Source: an uncultured virus (IMG/VR IMGVR_UViG_3300043446_000587) (Duplodnaviria > Heunggongvirae > Uroviricota > Caudoviricetes). Taken from it: a stretch of 64,000 nucleotides of DNA. Positions 28,994 through 38,220 of this stretch are shown here, piece after piece. The position numbers were made by a program, and so were the translations under genes. The stretch is taken from IMG/VR virus record IMGVR_UViG_3300043446_000587, one strand, 5' to 3'. The notes beneath the pieces are model-generated. The model was given only the letters and a program-made list of their open reading frames with translations. It was not told where the DNA came from and did no database searches. Each line of letters starts with the position of its first letter. Within the stretch, counting starts at the first letter, position 1.

Positions 28994-29005
28994 GGCCTCT
29001 GGCCA

Positions 29006-29028
29006 TTGATACCAGTTATTAGTTCTCG
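29006..29028 (+). repeat. 23-bp intergenic repeat, copy 2
   Basis: TTGATACCAGTTATTAGTTCTCG. Confidence 0.85.
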
Positions 29029-29167
29029 GGCGCGGGCGGCGTGGTGCGGGCGGGCGTGCGTGCGTCATTTGGGCGAAGGCTTAATTAAGCCATCATGCGG
29101 TGATGAAGTTATAATTAGTGCGTCACCCAAAGGTGACATCTTTATTAACTTTTTTGGAGTATTCAAA

Positions 29168-29848
29168 ATGAAAGCAAAGCAAAACAACACCGCTAACAAT
29201 GCGGTGACAATCAAAAACGAAAAAGACGCCGCATATCAATTTGCGGTTTTGCGTGATAGCGGTAGGTCAATCGTGCAATGGATTTTGGAAAAACACCCCG
29301 ATTTTGCGGACAATGTTTCAGATACCCTTAAGGCACAATTGTATGAGGGTTTGACCACCCGCTACCATGAAAACAATGGCGAGAATGTTTATATGCAGGG
29401 CGATACTGGCACTCTTATCCCTATCGGGAATACAGTTAAGGGTGTGGCTTGCAATGGCAAATTTATGCCGAAAGTGGAAAAAATGCCAGAGGGTGCGGTA
29501 GCTTATGGCATACACCATGTTTTAGCTTACACACCCCAACAGTTGGGCATGATGAAAAGCAAAGAGCCCGCATTGCATAGCATTTTGTCACCTATCAATA
29601 GTTCATTCCGCAAATATGCGTCTAATACTGTGGGTGATATGCAAAAAATGGCAAAGAAAATTATTGACGAAAAAGAGGGCAAAACGCAAACCCGTGAAAT
29701 GCTGCTCTTTATTGATAGCATGACAAAACAATTCGATGCTTGGGATAAACAAGTTAAAAACGCCGAAAAGCGTCTAGACGATACCGCATCATCGGTGCGT
29801 TATCGTGTCGCCAGAGACGCATTTTTCAAAGCCTATAACGCTAAGTAA
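29168..29848 (+). CDS. Early hypothetical protein
   Basis: MKAKQNN start after a GGAG RBS. Relatively AT-rich, with its own terminator. Confidence 0.65.
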   Translation: MKAKQNNTANNAVTIKNEKDAAYQFAVLRDSGRSIVQWILEKHPDFADNVSDTLKAQLYEGLTTRYHENNGENVYMQGDTGTLIPIGNTVKGVACNGKFMPKVEKMPEGAVAYGIHHVLAYTPQQLGMMKSKEPALHSILSPINSSFRKYASNTVGDMQKMAKKIIDEKEGKTQTREMLLFIDSMTKQFDAWDKQVKNAEKRLDDTASSVRYRVARDAFFKAYNAK

Positions 29849-29862
29849 TTTGCTCTGACCAC

Positions 29863-29898
29863 ACCCCGCCAGCCGCAAGGTTGGCGGGGTTATTTTTT
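29863..29898 (+). terminator. Intrinsic terminator
   Basis: ACCCCGCCAGCC-GCAA-GGTTGGCGGGGT followed by TATTTTTT. Confidence 0.85.
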
Positions 29899-29909
29899 GC
29901 CCCTGCCTT

Positions 29910-29932
29910 TTGATGCCAGTTCTTAGTTCACG
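29910..29932 (+). repeat. 23-bp intergenic repeat, copy 3 (diverged)
   Basis: TTGATGCCAGTTCTTAGTTCACG. Confidence 0.75.
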
Positions 29933-29993
29933 CGCGCGTGGGAGGGTGCCAATCCTCTGGGTGAACGCTTAATTAACTGTTCACCCTCACATG

Positions 29994-30553
29994 ATTCCAA
30001 AATTCCAACACGATTCCAATTTGGTTGGAACTGACTTGGAATTTTGGAACTGACTCGGTTGGTTTGCGCCAAGCAAACATTTAGCCATGAGCCGATTCCA
30101 ACCCGATTCCAAATCAATTTGATAAATTGGAACTTAAACCAGTAGGGTTTTAGTATTCATGTCGCCAAATGTGCGTTTAAGCGCCATACCCTTTAGTTCT
30201 AATTTTGTCCATCAGGGTGAGCTGAGTATTAATCTAGTTCCAAAATTCCAAAATTCCAACAGCTTTTTGCGGATTTGGCATGTCAGAGCATTCGTTCGAC
30301 TAGAAACGCACGATGCGTTTTCCACGCCCTCAAAGTTTGCAAAAACAAAAAATTACTCGCCGCTAGAGCAGAACCCCCTTGGAATTTTGGAATTTTGGAA
30401 CTAGATTAATACTACTACTACTACTACTATATTTATATATATTATTAGTTCTCTTTTTTCCCTCATTCCCCACCCCTTCGCTAACCTTAGTATTACAGTA
30501 TTAAATTCCAACCCAGTTCCAATTTATCAAAACTATATTGGAATTTTGGAACC
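29994..30553. repeat. TTCCAA/TTGGAA array with nested inverted repeats (candidate replication origin)
   Basis: Perfect 35-bp IR at 30225..30259/30379..30413 and 17-bp IR at 30118..30134/30515..30531. Also (ACT)n and an AT-rich tract. Confidence 0.85.
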
Positions 30554-30626
30554 GAATGAAACCAAGTATTCATTTCCCCCTCAAAAGTAATACCAAGCTA
30601 ATAACTTTATTAAATAAATTAGCCAC

Positions 30627-30655
30627 TAGACTAAATGTGTAAAGTTTAGTATAAT
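30627..30655 (+). promoter_or_regulatory. Sigma70-like early promoter
   Basis: TAGACT-17-TATAAT with an AT-rich upstream (UP-like) region. Confidence 0.7.
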
Positions 30656-30728
30656 GCCGATGTGCTCGGGGATTGCTCAAGCACGACTGTTAATTAAATA
30701 CTCACCCTCACATGAAAGAGAGATTGCC

Positions 30729-31001
30729 ATGAACCCATCTTTGCCCCGTGCAATTCGCAAAGCGTTGCGCATTGTGACCCCCAAGCAAGTAGTTGCGAGA
30801 GATAAGCACACAGACCTGACTGAGTGCTTCCGCACAGAGTATCGGCTCGACACATATCACACACAGAACCTTGAGTATCTCGACCGAGGCTATGACTTCG
30901 ACGAGTTCCACGACATTGACGACGAGCTGGAGGGGCTGACGATTGTCGAGTGCTCAGACGATGCTGAGTTGTTCGAGTTCTGCACAGGCTACAACATCTG
31001 A
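30729..31001 (+). CDS. Small protein with a highly acidic C-terminal half
   Basis: MNPSL start, then DFDEFHDIDDELEGLTIVECSDDAELFEF. Confidence 0.6.
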   Translation: MNPSLPRAIRKALRIVTPKQVVARDKHTDLTECFRTEYRLDTYHTQNLEYLDRGYDFDEFHDIDDELEGLTIVECSDDAELFEFCTGYNI

Positions 31002-31012
31002 AGGGACACAGC

Positions 31013-31162
31013 ATGGACAAAGAAACACTTACACCTGACGAGTTGCACGACTTGTGGGTGTTGGCTACCAACGAGGCTGACCGCTTTGATGAAGTGCGCT
31101 ACCACTTCACGGCGTTGGCAGAGAAGCTTGCCCGTATGTATAAAGCACAACAGGAGGTGTGA
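31013..31162 (+). CDS. Small hypothetical protein
   Basis: Read manually as MDKETLTPDELHDLW... after an AAGGGA RBS. Confidence 0.5.
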   Translation: MDKETLTPDELHDLWVLATNEADRFDEVRYHFTALAEKLARMYKAQQEV

Positions 31163-31163
31163 C

Positions 31164-31664
31164 ATGGGATATCGTTCAGAAGTTGCTTACCTGATAGCGT
31201 TTCCAAACGAGGCGCAACTGCATGCGTTCGTGGCACAGGCAAAGGTGTTGTCCAACACCCCCAACGAGAACCTGAAGCCCCTTGGAAGGTATGGGAATAT
31301 GGCATCAGCCTTGGATGAGTGCCAGATTAAGCCCGATGCTGACCCGCCGCACATATCGTTCTATGCCGACTCTGTTAAGTGGTATGAGAGCTACGACGAT
31401 GTTCAGAGTCATGAATCGTTACTTGCTTTGGCGAAGGAAAACTATGCCGATGGCGGAGAAAAGACGACTCGATACTGCAACGCAAACGGCTTAAGCGGCA
31501 CATGCACATTGATATCGGCTGAGTTCATGCGGCTTGGCGAGGACGACAACGACACCGAACATTATTCTTTTGGTATGTCACCCCTTACTGAATCGTTCTA
31601 TGTCGATAGGCGTATTGGTATGTTGGGTAGCCTAGCGCAGAATGTTATCGACCATCTCAAGTGA
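31164..31664 (+). CDS. Conserved phage early protein (MGYRSEV type)
   Basis: AGGAGG RBS. MGYRSEV...VKWY...F.RLGEDD.D pattern. Confidence 0.65.
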   Translation: MGYRSEVAYLIAFPNEAQLHAFVAQAKVLSNTPNENLKPLGRYGNMASALDECQIKPDADPPHISFYADSVKWYESYDDVQSHESLLALAKENYADGGEKTTRYCNANGLSGTCTLISAEFMRLGEDDNDTEHYSFGMSPLTESFYVDRRIGMLGSLAQNVIDHLK

Positions 31665-31681
31665 GAAAGTATATTAACAAG

Positions 31682-31710
31682 TTGACTTATATGACAAGTT
31701 GTGGTATACT
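31682..31710 (+). promoter_or_regulatory. Sigma70-like early promoter
   Basis: TTGACT-17-TATACT with an extended TG. Confidence 0.8.
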
Positions 31711-31773
31711 CCCGTTGTGCTCGGACAGTAGTTCAGCACACATCTTAATTAACCATTCACGAGGACATGAATC

Positions 31774-32016
31774 ATGGGACGCATCAAGGACATAGCGACA
31801 GCAATCGAAGAAGCACAGGAGTTGGGTTTAATCCCACAGCTTCCCCAGACACTTTATTTACTGATGGAGGGACTGCAACCCGTCGGCGTGTATCTGCACA
31901 AAGATGTGGCTGACTACGACGCATGGCTCTGCAACTCGGCAGGCGATGCTGAATACACAGTTGTTGCAACACCGTTCTATCGTGAGACTTTGGAGGAAAT
32001 CGAATGTCGCGTATGA
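31774..32016 (+). CDS. Hypothetical protein
   Basis: GAGGA RBS, ORF track. Confidence 0.55.
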   Translation: MGRIKDIATAIEEAQELGLIPQLPQTLYLLMEGLQPVGVYLHKDVADYDAWLCNSAGDAEYTVVATPFYRETLEEIECRV

Positions 32017-32216
32017 AACCATTATGCGTTCGATGTGGCGAAACTTACTCGGCCAAACGAGCCAACGCAGGGTATCAGCTTTGCATGCCATGCGGGGAGG
32101 ACGAGTCACACAAGCGCAGACGCACAGTTGCGCCCATGCACAAGAGCAATTACATGCTTATCACCAACCCCGAGGACCTCAAGGGACTCAACAACAAAGG
32201 AGGGTTCTACCGATGA
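32004..32216 (+). CDS. Small Zn-finger protein
   Basis: CVRC...CMPC...PMHKSNY. Confidence 0.6.
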   Translation: MSRMKPLCVRCGETYSAKRANAGYQLCMPCGEDESHKRRRTVAPMHKSNYMLITNPEDLKGLNNKGGFYR

Positions 32217-32467
32217 CCCGAGACCAAGCTAAGAATGTTTTAACCCACGCCAAGCTGATTGCTCAACAGGCGGCTGAAATCTGCAAAGAGGAAGGCAGTC
32301 AGATAAACAATCAAGCCACGATTAGTGCGCTGATGTTGGCGACCTGCATCATGGGGCGCTTCTTCAACGAGGACAGGGAACTGATGCACCACTTACTTGA
32401 GGCAATGATGGGGGCAATCGACGAGATGCCCTGCGCCGATGAATTTATTAACAACCATGTTCACTAA
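32213..32467 (+). CDS. Hypothetical protein
   Basis: MTRDQ start, ATGA overlap, GGAGG RBS. Confidence 0.5.
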   Translation: MTRDQAKNVLTHAKLIAQQAAEICKEEGSQINNQATISALMLATCIMGRFFNEDRELMHHLLEAMMGAIDEMPCADEFINNHVH

Positions 32468-32477
32468 GGAGAACGCC

Positions 32478-33380
32478 ATGCAACTTCAAAAACCCAAGCA
32501 CCTGATATCTTTGGCAACGAGTGCCGTTGTCGTTCATGTTGAGGTGAATGTTTGGACAGCGACCCGACAGGATAAACAAATCTCTAACGAAGTCACAACC
32601 GCCAAGCGTGCAAGCGCAGACGCAGGTAAGTTCACGCAGAACCTGCTTGCCAATTCGCCCGAGCACAAGGCGCTTCTTAATTACAGGCAGACAGTCTATA
32701 ACTGGCTTCAGCGTTGCACTTTTGATTGGAGTGGGGCGGCTCGACTGCTTCCGACAGTTCGCATAGAACAGTTTATGACAGAGCTGACGCAACACAAGGC
32801 GGCGTTCCAGAAGCTTTTGGACGACTTCACGGCAAAGTATCCGAGTATCGTGAGCGATGCGGCGTTCAAGCAGGGCGACATGTTTGACCGTTCAGCATAC
32901 CCTGATGTGCAAGATGTTGAGCGCAAGTTCAGAATCCGAGAATTTATCTCAGCCGTGCCTGAGAACGACTTCAGGAATAGCATCAGCGGCGTGTTGGCTG
33001 ACGACTTGGCGCAACACTACCAAAGACAGACGGAGGCTATCGTGAATGATGTAATGAGCGATGCCGCTGACCGCCTTGTGTTGATTGCCGAGCGCATCAG
33101 TTCTGCGTGTAGCGAACCAGAGGCAGACGATGACGGCAAGGTGCGCCGCAAGAAGATTTACGAGAACACTATCAAGAATGCCCGAGACATTTGCGATGTG
33201 TTGAAAGAGTTCAACCTGACAGGCAACGACGCATTGGAGGGCGCTCGTTCCCAACTGGAGACAGCGTTGCGTGATGTGACCTTGGACGACTTGCGTGAGA
33301 GTAGCTATGTCAGAGCCAAGGTCAAGGACAGCGTGGACGACATGTTGAGTAAGTTCAAACCATTGAGGAGCTTCGCATGA
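32478..33380 (+). CDS. DUF3150-like protein
   Basis: AAGGAG RBS. W...R.D...G..LLP...YP...FDRSAYP...NLTG pattern, typical of genes next to AAA/VWA pairs. Confidence 0.6.
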   Translation: MQLQKPKHLISLATSAVVVHVEVNVWTATRQDKQISNEVTTAKRASADAGKFTQNLLANSPEHKALLNYRQTVYNWLQRCTFDWSGAARLLPTVRIEQFMTELTQHKAAFQKLLDDFTAKYPSIVSDAAFKQGDMFDRSAYPDVQDVERKFRIREFISAVPENDFRNSISGVLADDLAQHYQRQTEAIVNDVMSDAADRLVLIAERISSACSEPEADDDGKVRRKKIYENTIKNARDICDVLKEFNLTGNDALEGARSQLETALRDVTLDDLRESSYVRAKVKDSVDDMLSKFKPLRSFA

Positions 33381-33455
33381 CTATATTGTTTGGCGTGTTG
33401 GCAACGGCTTGCGTGTTGCTGATACTAGAGAATTTCTTTGCACTAGGAGTATGAG

Positions 33456-33629
33456 ATGACTGATTTAGAAGTTGTTTTGTTGTTGGCGTTCTTGTTCATG
33501 TTGTGGTTGCACTTCAGGCAACGCCATGACATTCGTATGTTGAGACACATCGTCATTGATGTTGGGCTGAAAGAGGCCCGTATTGAGGTGGACGAGAAGT
33601 CCAATGTTGTTCGTGTTATCCGTAATTAA
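33456..33629 (+). CDS. Small membrane protein
   Basis: Read manually as MTDLEVVLLLAFLFMLWLHF... with an AGGAG RBS. Confidence 0.5.
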   Translation: MTDLEVVLLLAFLFMLWLHFRQRHDIRMLRHIVIDVGLKEARIEVDEKSNVVRVIRN

Positions 33630-33657
33630 TCACTCACCCAAACCAGAAAGGTAAACC

Positions 33658-34725
33658 ATGTCTAAAGTCAATTTCTCTATGTCTGTTTCATTGCATGAAG
33701 CGAAAGAGGTTATCAAAGCAATCGGTGACACGATTACACCAATCGTTGTGTCCGAGCCAGGTGTCGGCAAGTCAAGCATCCTGAAGATGCTTCAGGCTGA
33801 GATGGGTGACGGTTACGACTATATCTATGTGGACTGCCCTGTGAAGGACATGATGGATGTGGCGGCTAGCATTCCCAACCATGACCGCAAGGCGTTGGAA
33901 TACTATGTGTCGGACTTGTTCAAGATGGACAGCGGCAAGCCCAAGGTCATCATGCTCGACGAGTTCATGAAAGCGCCGAAGCTTCTGCAAATTATCTTCA
34001 CTAGATTGATGCTTGAGCGAAGCGTGGGTGATAAGCCCCTGCCCAAAGGTTCGTATGTGTTCGGCACTTCAAACAATACGACAGACGGCGTTGGCGACAC
34101 CGTTCAGGGTCATGTGGGTAATCGTGTATGTTTCTTGCCGATGCGCAAATCAACCGCAGACGAGTGGAACTTGTGGGCTACCGAGCATGGCGTTGCGAGA
34201 CCCATTCGTGCATGGGTTGCTATGAACCCTCGTGCAATGAAGTCTTACCTCGACCCTGACCAACAGGACAATCCATACATCTTCAAGCCCTCAAGCACAT
34301 CGAAGTCTTTTGTGTCGCCTCGTTCGCTTACGAAAGCATCTCCCATTGTGGAGAAGCGAGACATCATTGGCGAGAACGCCATGATGGTTGCGTTGGCAGG
34401 CACGATTGGCGAAGCGGCGGCTAAGTCTATGGCGGCGTTCATTGCGTTCGAAGGCAAGCTTGTGTCGTTCAAGGATGTTATTGCCGCACCTACCAAGGTG
34501 GCTGTGCCTGATGATATCTCTGCGCAAGTGATGATGATGTTCGAGGCTGTGGACTATGTCGAGACTCAGGACGAGCTGAACAGCTACATGGAGTTTGTCA
34601 ATCGCACCAAGTCAAGCGAGGTGCAAAGCATCTTCTTCACAATGATTATGCGAGCCAAGCCCCGTGTCGCTCGCTACAACGAGCAGATTACCAAGTGGGC
34701 AACTGCTAACCACATGTTGATGTAA
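33658..34725 (+). CDS. AAA+ ATPase (MoxR-like)
   Basis: Walker A SEPGVGKS, Walker B MLDE, sensor TSN, NR arginine finger, SPRS. Confidence 0.85.
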   Translation: MSKVNFSMSVSLHEAKEVIKAIGDTITPIVVSEPGVGKSSILKMLQAEMGDGYDYIYVDCPVKDMMDVAASIPNHDRKALEYYVSDLFKMDSGKPKVIMLDEFMKAPKLLQIIFTRLMLERSVGDKPLPKGSYVFGTSNNTTDGVGDTVQGHVGNRVCFLPMRKSTADEWNLWATEHGVARPIRAWVAMNPRAMKSYLDPDQQDNPYIFKPSSTSKSFVSPRSLTKASPIVEKRDIIGENAMMVALAGTIGEAAAKSMAAFIAFEGKLVSFKDVIAAPTKVAVPDDISAQVMMMFEAVDYVETQDELNSYMEFVNRTKSSEVQSIFFTMIMRAKPRVARYNEQITKWATANHMLM

Positions 34726-34741
34726 TACAGGAGGAACTTAT

Positions 34742-35950
34742 ATGTTGAGTCAAGAGGACCGTGTCAAGAAGGCACACATCATGATGATGAAGCACCCAGA
34801 GACTGCGTTCTATTCGGGCGTGATGATGATGGGTAATACCGAGGTGGTGGACAGCGGCATAACTGCCTACACCGATGGGGTAAACAAACGCTACGGCAGA
34901 AAGTTCTTAGAAGAGTTCTGCCCTGACCAAGCGACGGTCAATGGTCTGGTGTTGCATGAGAACTTGCACATCGCATTGCGTCACATGATTCACAGCATCG
35001 ACCTGTTCAAAGAGGACAGACAGCTAGCGAACATGGCGGCTGACTATGTAGTGAACGACATCATCATGACACTCAAGGACCAGAGTCTAGCCAAGTTACC
35101 AGAGGGCGGGTGCTATGACCCGAAGTATCACAACATGAACATGCGAGAGGTATATCGCATGCTCAAGAAAGAGAAAGAGGAATGCAATGGTGGGAGTAAG
35201 CCCGAAGGCGACAACGAAGGTAACGGCTCAGGTGGGGGTGATTACCAATTTGACGACCACGACATCGAAGGTCAACAACAAGACGGCAAGGACTTTGCGG
35301 ACAGAGCAAAAGAACTTGACTCTATGGTTGACAGAGCATTACGGGAGGGTGCGTTACTTGCTGGTCGCCTTGGCATTGACCTACCCCGAGCCATTACAGA
35401 GATACTTGAACCCCAAGTCAACTGGCGTGAAGAGCTTGCCAACTTTGTGACCGCATCGTGCCGTGGCAATGATGAATACACATGGCGCAAGTTCAATCGC
35501 CGTCAAATCGCCAACGACATTTATCTGCCAACTGTGGAGGATGAAACTATCGGAGAGATTGTTGTGCCCATCGACACATCAGGTTCTATCGGTCAGGAGC
35601 AACTCAACGAGTTCGCCTCAGAACTGGTCTCTATCGCAGAAGCTGTTCAGCCTGAACGCATTCGCATTTTGTGGTGGGACACCAAGGTTCATGGCGAACA
35701 AACCTTTGGACCAGATGAGTTTCAGCAGATAGGTTCTTTGCTCAAGCCACAAGGCGGCGGCGGAACTAGGGTGTCATGCGTGGCTGAATACATAAAGAAG
35801 AAAGACATCAAGGCTGATTGCGTGGTGGTGTTCACCGACGGATATGTTGAATACGATGTTGAGTGGGGAATTTCTTCACCGACATTGTGGCTTGTAACTG
35901 AAAACAAATCGTGGGTTGTCCCCGCAGGTAAGAAAGTGATGGTTAGCTAA
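34742..35950 (+). CDS. Metallopeptidase-like + VWA domain protein (DUF2201-like)
   Basis: TAYTDG, HENLH (HExxH), MIDAS DTSGS, GGGGT, FTDG. Confidence 0.85.
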   Translation: MLSQEDRVKKAHIMMMKHPETAFYSGVMMMGNTEVVDSGITAYTDGVNKRYGRKFLEEFCPDQATVNGLVLHENLHIALRHMIHSIDLFKEDRQLANMAADYVVNDIIMTLKDQSLAKLPEGGCYDPKYHNMNMREVYRMLKKEKEECNGGSKPEGDNEGNGSGGGDYQFDDHDIEGQQQDGKDFADRAKELDSMVDRALREGALLAGRLGIDLPRAITEILEPQVNWREELANFVTASCRGNDEYTWRKFNRRQIANDIYLPTVEDETIGEIVVPIDTSGSIGQEQLNEFASELVSIAEAVQPERIRILWWDTKVHGEQTFGPDEFQQIGSLLKPQGGGGTRVSCVAEYIKKKDIKADCVVVFTDGYVEYDVEWGISSPTLWLVTENKSWVVPAGKKVMVS

Positions 35951-36928
35951 ATGAGTTATGCGTTCTATGATGTGAGGGGGTTTTCCTCCCATGCAGACTT
36001 TGTCAACGGACATTTACCATACAAGGGCGAACTCAAGTCGTATCCGTTGGGTGATAGGCGCTACTCGGCACGGCACTTCCGTGTGCGTGACGATGGGCGT
36101 GTGGATATTTACTATCTCCACAGAGGTATGCAGGACCGTTTCGAGAAGGGCGAATTGCCTGAGAGCGACACGAACTGGATTAAGCGACGATTGATAGCGA
36201 GTGTCTTTCCTGACAACACAGTCGAGTTCTTCAATCTAGGCATGGGTGAAGCCATGCTTATGTCAAGAGTCTTTGATGCGTGGATTTGCCATAGTAAGCG
36301 TCGTGGCGGGTATGTTCTAAGCAACAAGAAAGGGGAAGCACACCCCATATTCAAGGGGCAACGGTTCAAGCTCGGTTCACTTGAGAGCGTGACACCTTAC
36401 GAGATACAACAGCGTAGGGTGAATCGTAAATTGGCAGTCGAGGCGATGAAACCCTACAAAGAGTTCATTGATGTAGCACCCGTCATGCTTGGCGCAATGG
36501 ATGTGAGAGGTATGTGGGAAGTGGGCGTTGACTTAGTCAAAGACGCTTGCAAGCGCCACAACATTGACCCTACCGAGACATATCGGGTATACCATGCGCT
36601 TCCATACCGCAAGGTAGACGATGCGTTCTTTGACATGATAGAGAAGAAACACTATGTCGATGCCGCAATCTATTTCTGTCTGGCGCATGATGTCAACGGC
36701 ACACGATGGGCTTTGTCCCGTTCTGAAGGTCCACCAACATGGACGGACAACCGAGTTCTTCATCTGAAAGAAGTTCTTCGGTGTCGGTTGAATACTCACT
36801 TGGCAAAGGACACATACTACAAACACAACGCATTCAACCTGAAGTCATACGAGATGGGTGCACTACCTACCTCGACATGGGATTTGATTATTACAACGGA
36901 CGGCGCTCCCGTAGAGCGTGTTTCTTAA
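35951..36928 (+). CDS. Hypothetical protein
   Basis: 325-aa ORF abutting the VWA gene. Confidence 0.65.
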   Translation: MSYAFYDVRGFSSHADFVNGHLPYKGELKSYPLGDRRYSARHFRVRDDGRVDIYYLHRGMQDRFEKGELPESDTNWIKRRLIASVFPDNTVEFFNLGMGEAMLMSRVFDAWICHSKRRGGYVLSNKKGEAHPIFKGQRFKLGSLESVTPYEIQQRRVNRKLAVEAMKPYKEFIDVAPVMLGAMDVRGMWEVGVDLVKDACKRHNIDPTETYRVYHALPYRKVDDAFFDMIEKKHYVDAAIYFCLAHDVNGTRWALSRSEGPPTWTDNRVLHLKEVLRCRLNTHLAKDTYYKHNAFNLKSYEMGALPTSTWDLIITTDGAPVERVS

Positions 36929-36940
36929 CTGGAGGTAACT

Positions 36941-37897
36941 ATGATTTCGCAATTCGCTGACCAAGCAAAGGTCCAAGAAATATTTTCCCGTTCACCTGAA
37001 CTGGAACGATTCGCTTTCGAGTTCTGTAAAGCATTCAACTGCACAATCCAAGAGTGTCCTGAACCAGAGTTTGGTAGACGCAACCCAACCGTTGCGCTCC
37101 TTACAAAGGATGGTGTCCCTTGCGGCACTCTGAAGGTTGACCCATCAGGTGATAAAGATAAACAGTCAGGCAAGTATGTGCCAGTGTATTACTACGAGAG
37201 TCCCATCGTGTCGAAGTCCAAGGGTAGCGCACGGGCGGGGCGTAACTGCCGTGACTCTATCAGCATCAAGGGTTTGATAGACGCAACCAAACGGGCGAAT
37301 GATATTCCAACCATAGATAAATTATTGGAGCACCACATTAATGGCATATCGTATGCGTTCAGCGTGACCCAACGGGATACAGGTTCTTCCCGCATGCAAA
37401 TGTCTAAGGATGCGATATTAGCGTTAATCCGTAGTCACTTAGAACTTGACAAAAGCTCCGTGAACTTATACGATGCCGAAATCAAAGAAATATATAAGCA
37501 GTATCTAGATAGTGAGAAGAAGTCAATGGAAGCAAACAAACTGTATGAACGGTTCTGCGCAGGTAGCTACCTTATCGGGGTGCATAGACCAGAGCGCCAC
37601 ATGCCACCGTTCTACACCGTTGCAGAGGTGTCAAATAATGGTATGAGACACACCAAAGATGTGAAAGACTTTACCTTTCATACCCCCCTGAAGCGTTACG
37701 CAAGCCTGATGGATTGTCCAGAGATTGCCCCGCATGTTCCTATCATTGCGGCATGGGCTAGCGGTATGTTACACAGCGACGCAGACAACGAACTCAAGTT
37801 ACCACGAGCAGATAAATACTATCCTGAGATAGATGTGGCGAGTGGTTACGCTGATGTAGAAGTTGCATGGCACTTGATTCCCAAGGCGCACGAATGA
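36941..37897 (+). CDS. Hypothetical protein
   Basis: GGAGG RBS, 318 aa. Confidence 0.65.
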   Translation: MISQFADQAKVQEIFSRSPELERFAFEFCKAFNCTIQECPEPEFGRRNPTVALLTKDGVPCGTLKVDPSGDKDKQSGKYVPVYYYESPIVSKSKGSARAGRNCRDSISIKGLIDATKRANDIPTIDKLLEHHINGISYAFSVTQRDTGSSRMQMSKDAILALIRSHLELDKSSVNLYDAEIKEIYKQYLDSEKKSMEANKLYERFCAGSYLIGVHRPERHMPPFYTVAEVSNNGMRHTKDVKDFTFHTPLKRYASLMDCPEIAPHVPIIAAWASGMLHSDADNELKLPRADKYYPEIDVASGYADVEVAWHLIPKAHE

Positions 37898-38220
37898 TAA
37901 GACCCTCACTAGAACCTATGCCCACACCAAGTGTCACAGCTTGGCGTGTTCCCATGTGGGTAGAGGAAGGGGACTACACAGTGCATTTGAGTGAGCGGCA
38001 CATACGCATATACGACGAGACCACGCTACCAGACTTCATCAAGGCAAGCATGTCAATGATTAACGCATTCCCATTCAAGCCCATGCAAGAAGGGGTGGTT
38101 TGGCGTGCGGCGTATACGCATAACACTGACCCACGACAAGCGGACATAGGTTGGCGATGCACTTGGAATCTGTATATGCTGATTCTTAGCGAAGCACAAC
38201 TGGAGAGCATGAATGGCTAA
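37894..38220 (+). CDS. Hypothetical protein
   Basis: MIRPSL start, ATGA overlap. Confidence 0.55.
   Translation: MIRPSLEPMPTPSVTAWRVPMWVEEGDYTVHLSERHIRIYDETTLPDFIKASMSMINAFPFKPMQEGVVWRAAYTHNTDPRQADIGWRCTWNLYMLILSEAQLESMNG

Noticed and set aside
28331..29932. 23-bp repeats as a mini-CRISPR array, given the Cas4-like gene
   Set aside because: The spacing is 675-900 bp with genes in between. The Cas4-like nuclease is a usual phage replication gene and no other cas genes are present.
30159..30404. ORF across the inverted-repeat region
   Set aside because: It has no RBS and its translation merely reflects the repeats.
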